Source of the DNA: a bacterium
GTDB taxonomy: Bacteria; Patescibacteriota; Minisyncoccia; Phycocordibacterales; Phycocordibacteraceae
Direction of reading: 5' to 3'
Length of the DNA stretch: 58,872 nucleotides
NCBI GenBank assembly: GCA_021811365.1
Contig: JAJZPB010000004.1
Span: 1-58,872, forward strand
Shown: in pieces, positions 37,360 through 45,821 of the stretch
How the letters are laid out: every line of letters begins with the position of its first letter
How positions within the stretch are numbered: the first letter of the stretch is position 1
Notes under the pieces: generated by a model
Told to the model about the DNA's origin: nothing
Databases searched by the model: none
The model's input: the letters and a program-made list of their open reading frames with translations, nothing else
Translations under genes and position numbers: made by a program

Positions 37360-37731
37360 TTACACCATCTTTACGTCAATCGTGACGCCGCTCGGAAGAC
37401 TGAGGTTCGTGAGAGCCTCAATCACCTTTGGCGTTGGGTTCATGATGTCGATGAGACGCTTATGGATGCGCATTTCGAACTGTTCGCGCGCATCCTTGTG
37501 AACGAAGGTGGAACGGTTGACCGTCCAGCGCTTAATCTCGGTCGGAAGGGGCACGGGGCCCACGACCTTGGCGTCAAAGCGAGCCGCCGTGTCCATGATC
37601 TGTTTGACCGAGAGGTCGAGAATCTTGTGCTCGTAGGCACGGACGCGGATGCGCAGCTTGTGCTCGACGCTCGGTGTTTCCACCTTCTTGGCGGGGCGCT
37701 TTGCCTTGGGCTTTTCGGCGGTCGTTGCCAT
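37360..37731 (-). CDS. rpsJ: 30S ribosomal protein S10 (N-terminal extension)
   Basis: [27 protein letters not shown]. Confidence 0.98.
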   Translation of the reverse strand: MATTAEKPKAKRPAKKVETPSVEHKLRIRVRAYEHKILDLSVKQIMDTAARFDAKVVGPVPLPTEIKRWTVNRSTFVHKDAREQFEMRIHKRLIDIMNPTPKVIEALTNLSLPSGVTIDVKMV

Positions 37732-37753
37732 ACGATTAGGATTCGATACGCGC

Positions 37754-38953
37754 TTACGCCGTAATCTTGGTCACGACGCCGGCACCCACCGTCTTACCAC
37801 CTTCGCGGATAGCGAAACGGCGCTGTTCCTCGAGCGCAATCGGGGCTACGAGCTTCACCTTAAAGGTGACGGTGTCGCCCGGCATGACCATTTCCTTGCC
37901 TTCCGGAAGCGTTACTTCGCCCGTCACATCGGTCGTGCCGATGTAGAACTGCGGCTTGTATCCCGTGAAGAACGGCGTATGGCGACCACCTTCGTCCTTG
38001 TTGAGGATGTAGACTTCCGACTCGAAGTCCGTGTGCGGCGTGATGCTGCCGGTCTTGGCAAGCACCTGGCCGCGGTGCACGTCGTCTTTCTTTGTGCCGC
38101 GCAGGAGGATGCCAGCGTTGTCGCCCGCTTGCCCTTCCTGAAGCTGCTTGTTAAACATTTCGATACCGGTAACGGTCGTCTTGGCCGTCGGCTTCATGCC
38201 CACGATCTCAACTTCCTCGCCAACCTTGATGATGCCGCGTTCGATACGGCCGGTCACCACGGTGCCACGGCCTTCAATCGAGAAGATGTCTTCAATCGGC
38301 ATGAGGAACGGCTTGCTGGTTTCGCGCTCCGGGAGGTCGAAGTAGGTATCCATTGTGTCGACGAGCTCCTTCACCTTCTGGGCCCATTCGTCCGACGCAT
38401 CCTTTGCTTCAAGAGCCTTGAGGCCCGAGCCGCGCAGAATCGGCGTGTTTGCGCCATCGTAGCCCTGTTTCGTCAGAAGTTCGCGAACTTCCTCCTCGAC
38501 GAGGTCGACGAGGTCCTGCTCCTCCACCATGTCTACCTTGTTGAGGAAGACGATAAGCTTCTTGAGTCCCACCTGCTTCGCAAGAAGAATGTGCTCGCGC
38601 GTCTGCGGCATGACGCCGTCGCCGGCGGCTACCACGAGGACTGCGCCATCCATCTGAGCGGCGCCCGTGATCATGTTCTTAATGTAGTCGGCGTGACCCG
38701 GAGCGTCCACGTGCGCATAGTGGCGATTCGGGGTTTCATACTCCGAGTGATGGAGCGCGATAGTAATGCCACGGGCCTTCTCTTCCGGGGCGCTGTCGAT
38801 CTTGTCGACTTCCTCAACGCGCGAGCCATACCCCTGGTCTCGAAGCATGTCGAGCGTGTGGAGGATGCCGGCGGTCAAGGTCGTCTTGCCGTGGTCAACG
38901 TGGCCAATAGTGCCCACGTTCATGTGCGGCTTCGAACGAGTGAATTCTGCCAT
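37754..38953 (-). CDS. tuf: elongation factor Tu
   Basis: [47 protein letters not shown]. Confidence 0.99.
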   Translation of the reverse strand: MAEFTRSKPHMNVGTIGHVDHGKTTLTAGILHTLDMLRDQGYGSRVEEVDKIDSAPEEKARGITIALHHSEYETPNRHYAHVDAPGHADYIKNMITGAAQMDGAVLVVAAGDGVMPQTREHILLAKQVGLKKLIVFLNKVDMVEEQDLVDLVEEEVRELLTKQGYDGANTPILRGSGLKALEAKDASDEWAQKVKELVDTMDTYFDLPERETSKPFLMPIEDIFSIEGRGTVVTGRIERGIIKVGEEVEIVGMKPTAKTTVTGIEMFNKQLQEGQAGDNAGILLRGTKKDDVHRGQVLAKTGSITPHTDFESEVYILNKDEGGRHTPFFTGYKPQFYIGTTDVTGEVTLPEGKEMVMPGDTVTFKVKLVAPIALEEQRRFAIREGGKTVGAGVVTKITA

Positions 38954-39132
38954 GATTGTGTGGTTACAAACGTACGGATAAATCTAAACCTCCGACGCTG
39001 GCTGCGAGCGAAGCCGCCCAAGCAAGCGAGTCGGAACGACTCTCCGGCCCGCTACCACGGTTAGCAGACAAGCCAAAGAGCGACGCCAAGATGCGTTATA
39101 GGCACTATACGAGAGCGCCCAACCAAATGCAA
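38954..39132 (-). promoter_or_regulatory. tuf promoter (TTGCAT-17-TATAGT) and ~145-nt structured leader
   Basis: -35 at 39127-39132, -10 at 39104-39109; two GC-rich hairpins in the leader. Confidence 0.6.
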
Positions 39133-39152
39133 GACAGCCTGGGGCTCTAAGA

Positions 39153-39186
39153 GCAGCGCGGCCGCCCTTTCGGGCGGCCGCGCTGC
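39153..39186. repeat. 34-bp palindrome, copy A (terminator-like)
   Basis: GCAGCGCGGCCGCCCTTTCGGGCGGCCGCGCTGC; GAAA loop on the minus strand. Confidence 0.9.
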
Positions 39187-39210
39187 TCCTTTGTTCGGCT
39201 ATCCTCAAAA

Positions 39211-40416
39211 CTACTCCTGCCCGCTCGAGCTTGCGACCGTAAACGTGCTGGTCGCGCTCGTGCCGTTTTCGTTTCTCACCGAGAGCGCGTACGCGCCCGG
39301 CGCGACGCGCAGTAGGTAGAGCGCGCAGAACTGACCAGCCGGGCAGTACGGGCCCATGCTGTCCGGCACGCGGAAGGTAAGCGTTTGGGCGTAGTTACCG
39401 CAGGTTGTTGTAGTCGACCCGGCCGGAATCATCGGGCAGTGGAAGATTGCCGGTTGAGCAGCAACATTCTTCGCGGCGACAGCGCCATTGAGGAGAATCG
39501 TGTTGTCGCCCGTAAAACCACTCCCCCCGATCGTCACTTGCGTGCCGATTGCTCCGGATGTCGGCTGGAGCGAGATGATTCTTGGCGTTGTAGTAGCAGC
39601 TGCCGTGCTTGTTGCGGAACTCGTGCTGGTCACGACTACGTGCGCCTGTGCAAGCATCATGACAGCAATCTCGCAGCGAGGAGTGCTGTACATACAAGCG
39701 ACGTACGGCGAAAGCGTTGCGGTGTAGTCTCCTGCCTTCGTGTAGGTATGCACGGTAGTACTGCCTCCCGCAAATGCCCCGCTTATGCTGCCGTCGCCGT
39801 AGGTGAGAACGTACTGCTGCGTGCTGCTTGCGCCTACGGTTGAGAAGCGTACCGGAAGCGGAGCGACGCCCTCGGTCGGCTGCGCCGAGAGGCTAATATT
39901 TGAGTGGTTCGCGCTCGGAACGGTATCGTCCCGGTGCGACGGATTGCATGCGTGCGCAATAGCAGCGCGCGTCAGGGGACCTACGAACCCTGTTGCCGGC
40001 ACGCCATGCGCGGCCTGCCACGCTTTCACCGCGCCCTCGGTTTCGGGACCAAAGTAGCCCGTTACCCCTGCGGAGTAGCCGGTGCTTGAGGCACTTTCAA
40101 GAAAGCGCTGCAGCGCGGAGACCGCATCGCCATGCGAGTGCTTATCAGAGTGGCCGCGCCCAAGATCTTCAGAAAACGTTGGGCAAACGGAGGTCACGGT
40201 GGACGGCAAGGGCGGTACTGAAACGACTGCACTGCCGGTAAGCGCGCTTTGCACCTGCATAATGGTCGTGCTACCAACGCCAAAGGACTGCAGGAGGCCA
40301 ATGACGCTTTGGATTTGAGCAGACGTAAGCGATGCGGCTTGCGCCGGCAGAGCTATCGTAACGAGGCCAGCCAGTGCAAACGCTACGGCGACGAACCCGA
40401 GAGTAAATCGTTGCAT
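39211..40416 (-). CDS. secreted surface protein with peptidoglycan-binding, PKD and IPT/TIG-like domains
   Basis: Signal peptide ending AQA; VSALQRFL...TGYFGPETEGAVKAWQ...TGFVGPLTR (PG-binding); APLPVRF...YGDG...HTYTKAGDYT (PKD); PTSGAIGTQVTIGGSGF (IPT). Confidence 0.85.
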   Translation of the reverse strand: MQRFTLGFVAVAFALAGLVTIALPAQAASLTSAQIQSVIGLLQSFGVGSTTIMQVQSALTGSAVVSVPPLPSTVTSVCPTFSEDLGRGHSDKHSHGDAVSALQRFLESASSTGYSAGVTGYFGPETEGAVKAWQAAHGVPATGFVGPLTRAAIAHACNPSHRDDTVPSANHSNISLSAQPTEGVAPLPVRFSTVGASSTQQYVLTYGDGSISGAFAGGSTTVHTYTKAGDYTATLSPYVACMYSTPRCEIAVMMLAQAHVVVTSTSSATSTAAATTTPRIISLQPTSGAIGTQVTIGGSGFTGDNTILLNGAVAAKNVAAQPAIFHCPMIPAGSTTTTCGNYAQTLTFRVPDSMGPYCPAGQFCALYLLRVAPGAYALSVRNENGTSATSTFTVASSSGQE

Positions 40417-40508
40417 AAAGAATGGTTTAGAATTTCGAACGTTCTTATTTTTATGTGCTGGTACGGAGCAATAGACGCCGGTACAGTCCCTATCTTACAT
40501 CCCCAACC

Positions 40509-40542
40509 GCAGCACGGCCGCCCTTTCGGGCGGCCGTGCTGC
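40509..40542. repeat. 34-bp palindrome, copy B (terminator-like, after fusA)
   Basis: GCAGCACGGCCGCCCTTTCGGGCGGCCGTGCTGC; differs from copy A by one compensatory base pair. Confidence 0.9.
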
Positions 40543-40562
40543 GGTTCCGCTGTCCGGGAACG

Positions 40563-42740
40563 CTACTTTCGTGAAGCAATTATATCCTGCGCCACGTTCT
40601 GCGGGACCACGTCGTAGTGATCAAACTCCATCGTCATGGCGCCACGCCCTTCGGTCATGGAACGCAAGGTCGTCGTGTAGCCGAACATTTCTTTGAGCGG
40701 AACTTTGGCGCGGACCACCTTGCTCATACCACGGTCATCCATGCCCTCAATCGAGCCGCGCTTGCCCGAAAGACTGCCGGTAATGTCGCCCATGAACTGC
40801 TCCGGAACGGTCACCTCCACTTTCATAATCGGTTCAAGCAAGACCGGCTTCGATTTATGCACGCCATCCTGGAAGGCCATGGATGCAGCAATCTTGTAAG
40901 CAACTTCCGAGGAGTCCACGTCGTGATACGAGCCATCGTACAAATCGACTGATACGTCAACCATCGGGAACCCAGCAAGAACGCCGCGGGCCATCGCTTC
41001 ACGTACGCCCTTCTCCACGGCAGGGATATATTCCTGCGGGATGACGCCGCCCTTGATGTTGTTAATAAATTCAAAGTGGTCCTCGCGCGTAACGTTCTTG
41101 GGTACTTTCGTATTTCCCCCTTCAGGAAGCGGCTCGAGCTTCTTGATCTTAATCTTGACATGCCCGTACTGGCCGCGACCGCCGGTCTGCTTGATGTATT
41201 TGCCCTCAACATCAGCGTTACCGAGAATCGTCTCGCGGTACGCTACCTGCGGCTGGCCGGTATCAGCAACAACGTTGAATTCGCGCTTCATACGATCCAC
41301 GAGGATCTCGAGGTGAAGCTCGCCCATACCCGAAATAATCGTCTCGCCCGTTTCTTCGTCACCTGCAACGCGGAACGTCGGGTCTTCGTCAGCAAGCTTC
41401 CTGAGCGCAATGCCCATCTTCTCCTGGTCAGCTTTCGTTTTCGGTTCAATGCGAACAGACACAACCGGCTCGGGAAATTTAATTTCTTCAAGCACAATCG
41501 GGTTCGCTTCGTCACAGAGCGTGTGCGAGGTTTTGGTGTCCTTGAGTCCCACGCCCGCGGCGATTTCCCCGGCAAAGACCTGCTCGACTTCTTCACGCTT
41601 GTCGGCCTGCAGGCGCACGATGCGGCCAAGGCGCTCCTTGCTGCCTGTCGTTGAGTTGTACACATACGAACCGGCAGTGATGCTGCCCGAATACACGCGG
41701 AAGAAGGTCAACGAGCCCACGAACGGGTCGGTCTGGAGCTTGAAAGCCAGTGCACAGAACGGCTCGTCGTCGGATGCGTGGCGTACCACCTCTTCGCCCG
41801 TCTTCGGGTTGATGCCCGTCACCGGCGGCAGGTCGAGTGGGCTCGGCAGGTAGTCGACTACCGCGTCGAGCACGAGCTGCACACCCTTATTCTTGAGCGC
41901 GCTGCCGCAGTACACAGGGAACACCTGGTTTGAAATGACTGCCTTGCGCAAAAGCGCCTTGAGCGTCCCCATCGGCGGTTCGTTGCCCTCAAGGTACGCG
42001 TTCATCGCCACCTCGTCGTTCTCTACAATGCGCTCGATAAGCTCAGCGCGATACTGCTTAGCAGTGTCAACCAGCTCGGCGGGAACCTCGCCTTCAACCA
42101 CCTTGTCGCCCATAGGACCCTCGAAGTGGTACGCACGCATGGTGAGTAGGTCCACGACGCCCTCGTGCGCACTCTCCTCGCCGATAGGAATCTGCATGCG
42201 AATCGCTTTGGGCGAGAGGCGATCGAGAATGCTCTTGTAGGAATTCTCAAACGAAGCGCCCGTGCGGTCGAGCTTGTTGATGAAGCACAGGCGCGGCACA
42301 CCAGCGTCGTCGGCATAGCGCCAGTTCGTCTCTGACTGCGGTTCAACGCCCGAAACGCCGTCGAATACGGTGATTGCGCCGTCGAGTACACGCATCGAGC
42401 GCTGTACCTCGGCGGTGAAGTCGATATGTCCTGGCGTATCGATAATGTTGAAGCGGTGCCGCTCAGGGTTTGCTGCCTCTGCTGCTTTAGAAGCTCCATC
42501 CTCCATGCGTGAATGAATCGGGGTCCAGAAGCACGTGATGGCCGCTGCGGTAATAGTGATGCCGCGCTCGCGCTCCTGTTCCATCCAGTCGGTAACGGTT
42601 GCACCTTCGTGCACCTCGCCAATCTTATGGCTCTGGCCGGTGTAGTAGAGGATACGCTCGGACGTGGTCGTCTTGCCCGCATCGATATGGGCGATGATGC
42701 CGAAGTTGCGCACCTTCTCTAGAGGATAATCTCGCTTCAT
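40563..42740 (-). CDS. fusA: elongation factor G
   Basis: [48 protein letters not shown]. Confidence 0.99.
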   Translation of the reverse strand: MKRDYPLEKVRNFGIIAHIDAGKTTTSERILYYTGQSHKIGEVHEGATVTDWMEQERERGITITAAAITCFWTPIHSRMEDGASKAAEAANPERHRFNIIDTPGHIDFTAEVQRSMRVLDGAITVFDGVSGVEPQSETNWRYADDAGVPRLCFINKLDRTGASFENSYKSILDRLSPKAIRMQIPIGEESAHEGVVDLLTMRAYHFEGPMGDKVVEGEVPAELVDTAKQYRAELIERIVENDEVAMNAYLEGNEPPMGTLKALLRKAVISNQVFPVYCGSALKNKGVQLVLDAVVDYLPSPLDLPPVTGINPKTGEEVVRHASDDEPFCALAFKLQTDPFVGSLTFFRVYSGSITAGSYVYNSTTGSKERLGRIVRLQADKREEVEQVFAGEIAAGVGLKDTKTSHTLCDEANPIVLEEIKFPEPVVSVRIEPKTKADQEKMGIALRKLADEDPTFRVAGDEETGETIISGMGELHLEILVDRMKREFNVVADTGQPQVAYRETILGNADVEGKYIKQTGGRGQYGHVKIKIKKLEPLPEGGNTKVPKNVTREDHFEFINNIKGGVIPQEYIPAVEKGVREAMARGVLAGFPMVDVSVDLYDGSYHDVDSSEVAYKIAASMAFQDGVHKSKPVLLEPIMKVEVTVPEQFMGDITGSLSGKRGSIEGMDDRGMSKVVRAKVPLKEMFGYTTTLRSMTEGRGAMTMEFDHYDVVPQNVAQDIIASRK

Positions 42741-42878
42741 GCGTAATGGTATTTACAAAAAATAAAGCCCGCCAGGGCGTTAGTAATAACCATACCGGAT
42801 ATTGGTGAAAATGCAAAACCATCTCTCTTAGCGGCGCGCGAAACATATCCCACTAATCAGGAGTTATACTAGGTACAT

Positions 42879-43169
42879 ATGATGTACCACTACTACGGAT
42901 ACGGGCCTGACATGGGTTGGGGCGGCGGCTTTGGCGTTTTTGCGGTTATTTTGCATGTATTTTGGCTGATTGTTGTCGTTGCGGCCATAATCTGGCTTAT
43001 CCGCTTGGTCTTTGGTCGCCGGCACGGGCACCGACACTGGAACCGGTACCTCGACGGCACCTCTTCTGCACTTGAGATCCTCAACGAGCGCTTTGCCAAA
43101 GGCGAAATAAATAAAGAAGAGTACGAGGAGCGCAAGCGCGTTCTCCTCGCAGAACCCGAACACAAGTAA
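42879..43169 (+). CDS. SHOCT-domain membrane protein
   Basis: GWGGGF + TM + ALEILNERFAKGEINKEEYEERK. Confidence 0.88.
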   Translation: MMYHYYGYGPDMGWGGGFGVFAVILHVFWLIVVVAAIIWLIRLVFGRRHGHRHWNRYLDGTSSALEILNERFAKGEINKEEYEERKRVLLAEPEHK

Positions 43170-43184
43170 AGCGACTCTATAGAG

Positions 43185-43226
43185 AAAAGAACACTCGCGC
43201 CCTGTTGGGCGCGAGTGTTCTTTTTT
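43185..43226 (+). terminator. terminator of the SHOCT gene
   Basis: AAAAGAACACTCGCGCCC-TGTT-GGGCGCGAGTGTTCTTTTTT. Confidence 0.85.
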
Positions 43227-43350
43227 ACCCGTGCAAATAAAATAATCCCTTTCCCGGCACGAACCCGCGAGGACAGCCCAGAAGGGTACCCGCTTGCAGA
43301 GTGCAGAGCAGCTAAGGCAACGAGGATACGCGAAAGCTAAAAAGTGGAAA

Positions 43351-43395
43351 AAGAAAACCCCCACAGCAAGACAAGCGAGTGTCTTACTGTGGGGG
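43351..43395 (-). terminator. terminator of the two-gene secreted module
   Basis: CCCCCACAG(C)AAGACA...TGTCTT(A)CTGTGGGGG with a T-run on the minus strand. Confidence 0.65.
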
Positions 43396-43424
43396 AGTGA
43401 TTTAAGGAGCGGAACGAATGGTGG

Positions 43425-44150
43425 TCAGCTGGAGGGCACGGCCGAACCCGAACTGAGGCTGCCCGCCAGCACGTTTTCCTTGTGGTAGCAGGCCGGGTAC
43501 GCAGACCAGACGAGCGAGGGAAACGCGCAGTACGCGAGCGCGCCCTTCGCCTCCGACGGCGGGATGCGGACTTTGGCGAGCACCATTGCCGGCTTCGCCG
43601 AGGTGATGCGCGCAACGGTCTTCACCGGCGGCGCGGACGAGACGTCCGCCGACACCGCAACGGGCTTCACGGAGCTGCAGACGCCCGGAGGGGCGACGGC
43701 ACGTACCGTCTTGTTCGCCGCGCAGGCCATGCCGACCGCCCACCGGATGTAGACCGGATTGTGCGTCGCCGCTGCCGTGCGCATCGCCAGAACGTACCAG
43801 TTCTGGAGATTGCACTCCGTGATCGAGCGCGTTGTGCCGAACGAGATGCCGAAGCCGGCGATGGAGGCCCCACCGGACACGCCGCCCGAGCACTTGTTCA
43901 TCGAGTAGATCGACGGTGCCACGACGTCGGGAGTGTTGTGTACGGTATACTGTCCCCCGTACTGCATCGCTCCGCTGCCCGTCTGGTTGACGACAGCGGC
44001 AGCGCCGGCACCCGCCTGGGCACCCGCCTGGCCACTTGCATTCACTGTCGCAGCGAATGCGCTGGTGGAGAGCGAGAAGGCGACGAAAGTCGCGGCGAGC
44101 GCAAGCCCACCGAAACGGAGTGCGCCGGTGAGGCGCTTCGTGATGGTCAT
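43425..44150 (-). CDS. secreted hypothetical protein with Gly/Ala-rich N-region and six Cys
   Basis: ATG at 44150 with GAGGAG SD; signal peptide ending SAFA; NTPDVVAPSI..C..G.SGG.S..GFG.SFG.....EC core. Confidence 0.75.
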   Translation of the reverse strand: MTITKRLTGALRFGGLALAATFVAFSLSTSAFAATVNASGQAGAQAGAGAAAVVNQTGSGAMQYGGQYTVHNTPDVVAPSIYSMNKCSGGVSGGASIAGFGISFGTTRSITECNLQNWYVLAMRTAAATHNPVYIRWAVGMACAANKTVRAVAPPGVCSSVKPVAVSADVSSAPPVKTVARITSAKPAMVLAKVRIPPSEAKGALAYCAFPSLVWSAYPACYHKENVLAGSLSSGSAVPSS

Positions 44151-44237
44151 CGAACAGTTCTCCTCGATTTCGCGAAGAAAGTGAAGTGAAAACGGAGGTC
44201 GCCGAAGCGGCCTCCGTCTGCTCACCCCCGGGGAACG

Positions 44238-44588
44238 TCAGTAGCCGTAGTAGCTCCCCGTGGACACACTGCCGCTGCCGAAAGCGCTGAAGCCGCTACC
44301 GGCGTGCTGGCCCATCGCATTGCTGAAGCCGTATGAGGCGGAGTGGGTCCTGCTGTAGGTGGCGTAGCCTCCCCAGCCGCCGAAGGTCCTGAAGGAAGCG
44401 GACCCGCTCCCCCGCGCACCGGCTTCGGAAGCCGAGAAGCCGCCGGCGACGGCACTGTGGCCGCCGACCGAACTCATGGAGTTCGCCGAGAGCCACTGCG
44501 CATGGGCCGCCGGGGTCGTGGCCACGGCGCCGGTGACGAGCAGGGCGCCGAAAGCAAGGCCTGTGAGGGCCTTTTTGAAGGCATTCAT
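44238..44588 (-). CDS. small secreted Gly/Ser/Ala/aromatic-rich protein
   Basis: MNAFKKALTGLAFGALL...AAHA signal peptide; mature part low-complexity; strongly GC3-biased codons. Confidence 0.75.
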   Translation of the reverse strand: MNAFKKALTGLAFGALLVTGAVATTPAAHAQWLSANSMSSVGGHSAVAGGFSASEAGARGSGSASFRTFGGWGGYATYSRTHSASYGFSNAMGQHAGSGFSAFGSGSVSTGSYYGY

Positions 44589-44736
44589 GCCGTGTAACCT
44601 TTCGTTGGTTGCCAAGCACCGCCTGGCACGGATTACTTCGCATCATTGGATAACAAGGAACGCGTTCTCCATCGTTTGCGGAGTAACACTTGCACATTTT
44701 CACAAGTGATACTTTTTGTCAAGAGAAAACCAAGGG

Positions 44737-44771
44737 AAACAGAGCGCCGCTCTTTGGGCGGCGCTCTGTTT
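44737..44771 (-). terminator. terminator after rpsG
   Basis: AAACAGAGCGCCGC-N7-GCGGCGCTCTGTTT. Confidence 0.75.
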
Positions 44772-44795
44772 GCTTCTATATTTCCTTTCTAAAAA

Positions 44796-45257
44796 CTACC
44801 AGGCGAAGTGGGCAAATGCCTTGTTCGCATCGGCCATACGGTGCATTTCATCCCGCTTTTTAATCGCGTCACCCTCGTTCTTGCTCGCAAGGAGAATTTG
44901 CTCAGCGAGCTTGTCGGCCATAGGACGGCCTTTCTTGTTGCGTGCGCTGTTGATGATCCAGCGGTACGCCAGAGCAAGGCGACGCTTCTGTGGCACTTCG
45001 CGCGGTACCTGATAATTTGCACCGCCAACGCGACGCGAGCGCACCTCCATAAGCGGAGACGTATTGCGGATAGCGGATTCAAAAGTCTCGAGTGGGTCGC
45101 TTTCCGCCTTAATTTTATCGAATGCGTCATAGACAACCTTGCGAGCTACGTCCTTTTTGCCGTCCCACATGACTGCGTTAATGAAGCGGGTCACGCTCTC
45201 GGATTGGTAGCGCATGTCGGGACGCCAAACGCGTTTTTCTTTAAGAGGTCTGCGCAT
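44796..45257 (-). CDS. rpsG: 30S ribosomal protein S7
   Basis: EVRSRRVGGANYQVP, HRMADANKAFAHF. Confidence 0.99.
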   Translation of the reverse strand: MRRPLKEKRVWRPDMRYQSESVTRFINAVMWDGKKDVARKVVYDAFDKIKAESDPLETFESAIRNTSPLMEVRSRRVGGANYQVPREVPQKRRLALAYRWIINSARNKKGRPMADKLAEQILLASKNEGDAIKKRDEMHRMADANKAFAHFAW

Positions 45258-45259
45258 AC

Positions 45260-45670
45260 TTATGACTTAGGCCTCTTGGCGCCATAGCGAGAACGGCCAC
45301 GGCGGCGCTTTTCAATGCCGGACGTATCGAGTTTACCGCGCACGATGGTGTACTGGACGCCGATATCCTTCACGCGGCCACCGCGAAGCAGCACCACCGA
45401 GTGTTCCTGAAGGTTGTGCCCCTCGCCCGGAATGTATGCGGTCACTTCCATGCCGTTCGTGAGACGCACACGGGCAATCTTACGAATAGCCGAGTTCGGT
45501 TTGCGCGGAGTCTTAGTGGTTACCTTCGTGCACACGCCACGCTTAAAGGGCGACGGGTAGTACGTTGGCCGGTTCTGCAGCGCATTGAAACCACGCGTAA
45601 GCGCAAGCACCTTTGTCTTACGCGTTTTGTCGCGACGGCGCTTGTTTGTGAGCTGGTTGATGGTGGCCAT
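45260..45670 (-). CDS. rpsL: 30S ribosomal protein S12
   Basis: [34 protein letters not shown]; TTGCAA-17-TATAGT promoter at 45705-45733. Confidence 0.98.
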   Translation of the reverse strand: MATINQLTNKRRRDKTRKTKVLALTRGFNALQNRPTYYPSPFKRGVCTKVTTKTPRKPNSAIRKIARVRLTNGMEVTAYIPGEGHNLQEHSVVLLRGGRVKDIGVQYTIVRGKLDTSGIEKRRRGRSRYGAKRPKS

Positions 45671-45821
45671 GAGAAAATAAGACCCGCAAAGTGCGGTTAG
45701 GAGCACTATACGGGAAGAGTGAAGGGATTGCAACATTCTCCCTCCGTTACTCGACGCAGATGCCACGTTCGCCGAAATCCAATACTCCGAAGAGGGCATC
45801 ACGCTCGGAGCATTGGGCGTT

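Noticed and set aside
37649-39064. Long antisense ORFs over tuf, the spc genes (28512-29726), groEL, fusA and pcrA
   Set aside because: Shadow ORFs expected from GC-rich codon bias opposite conserved genes
44589-44640. GGCAACC..GAAA..GG as a c-di-GMP-I riboswitch
   Set aside because: Lacks the GACGCAAAG junction and second stem; kept only as an unspecified structure
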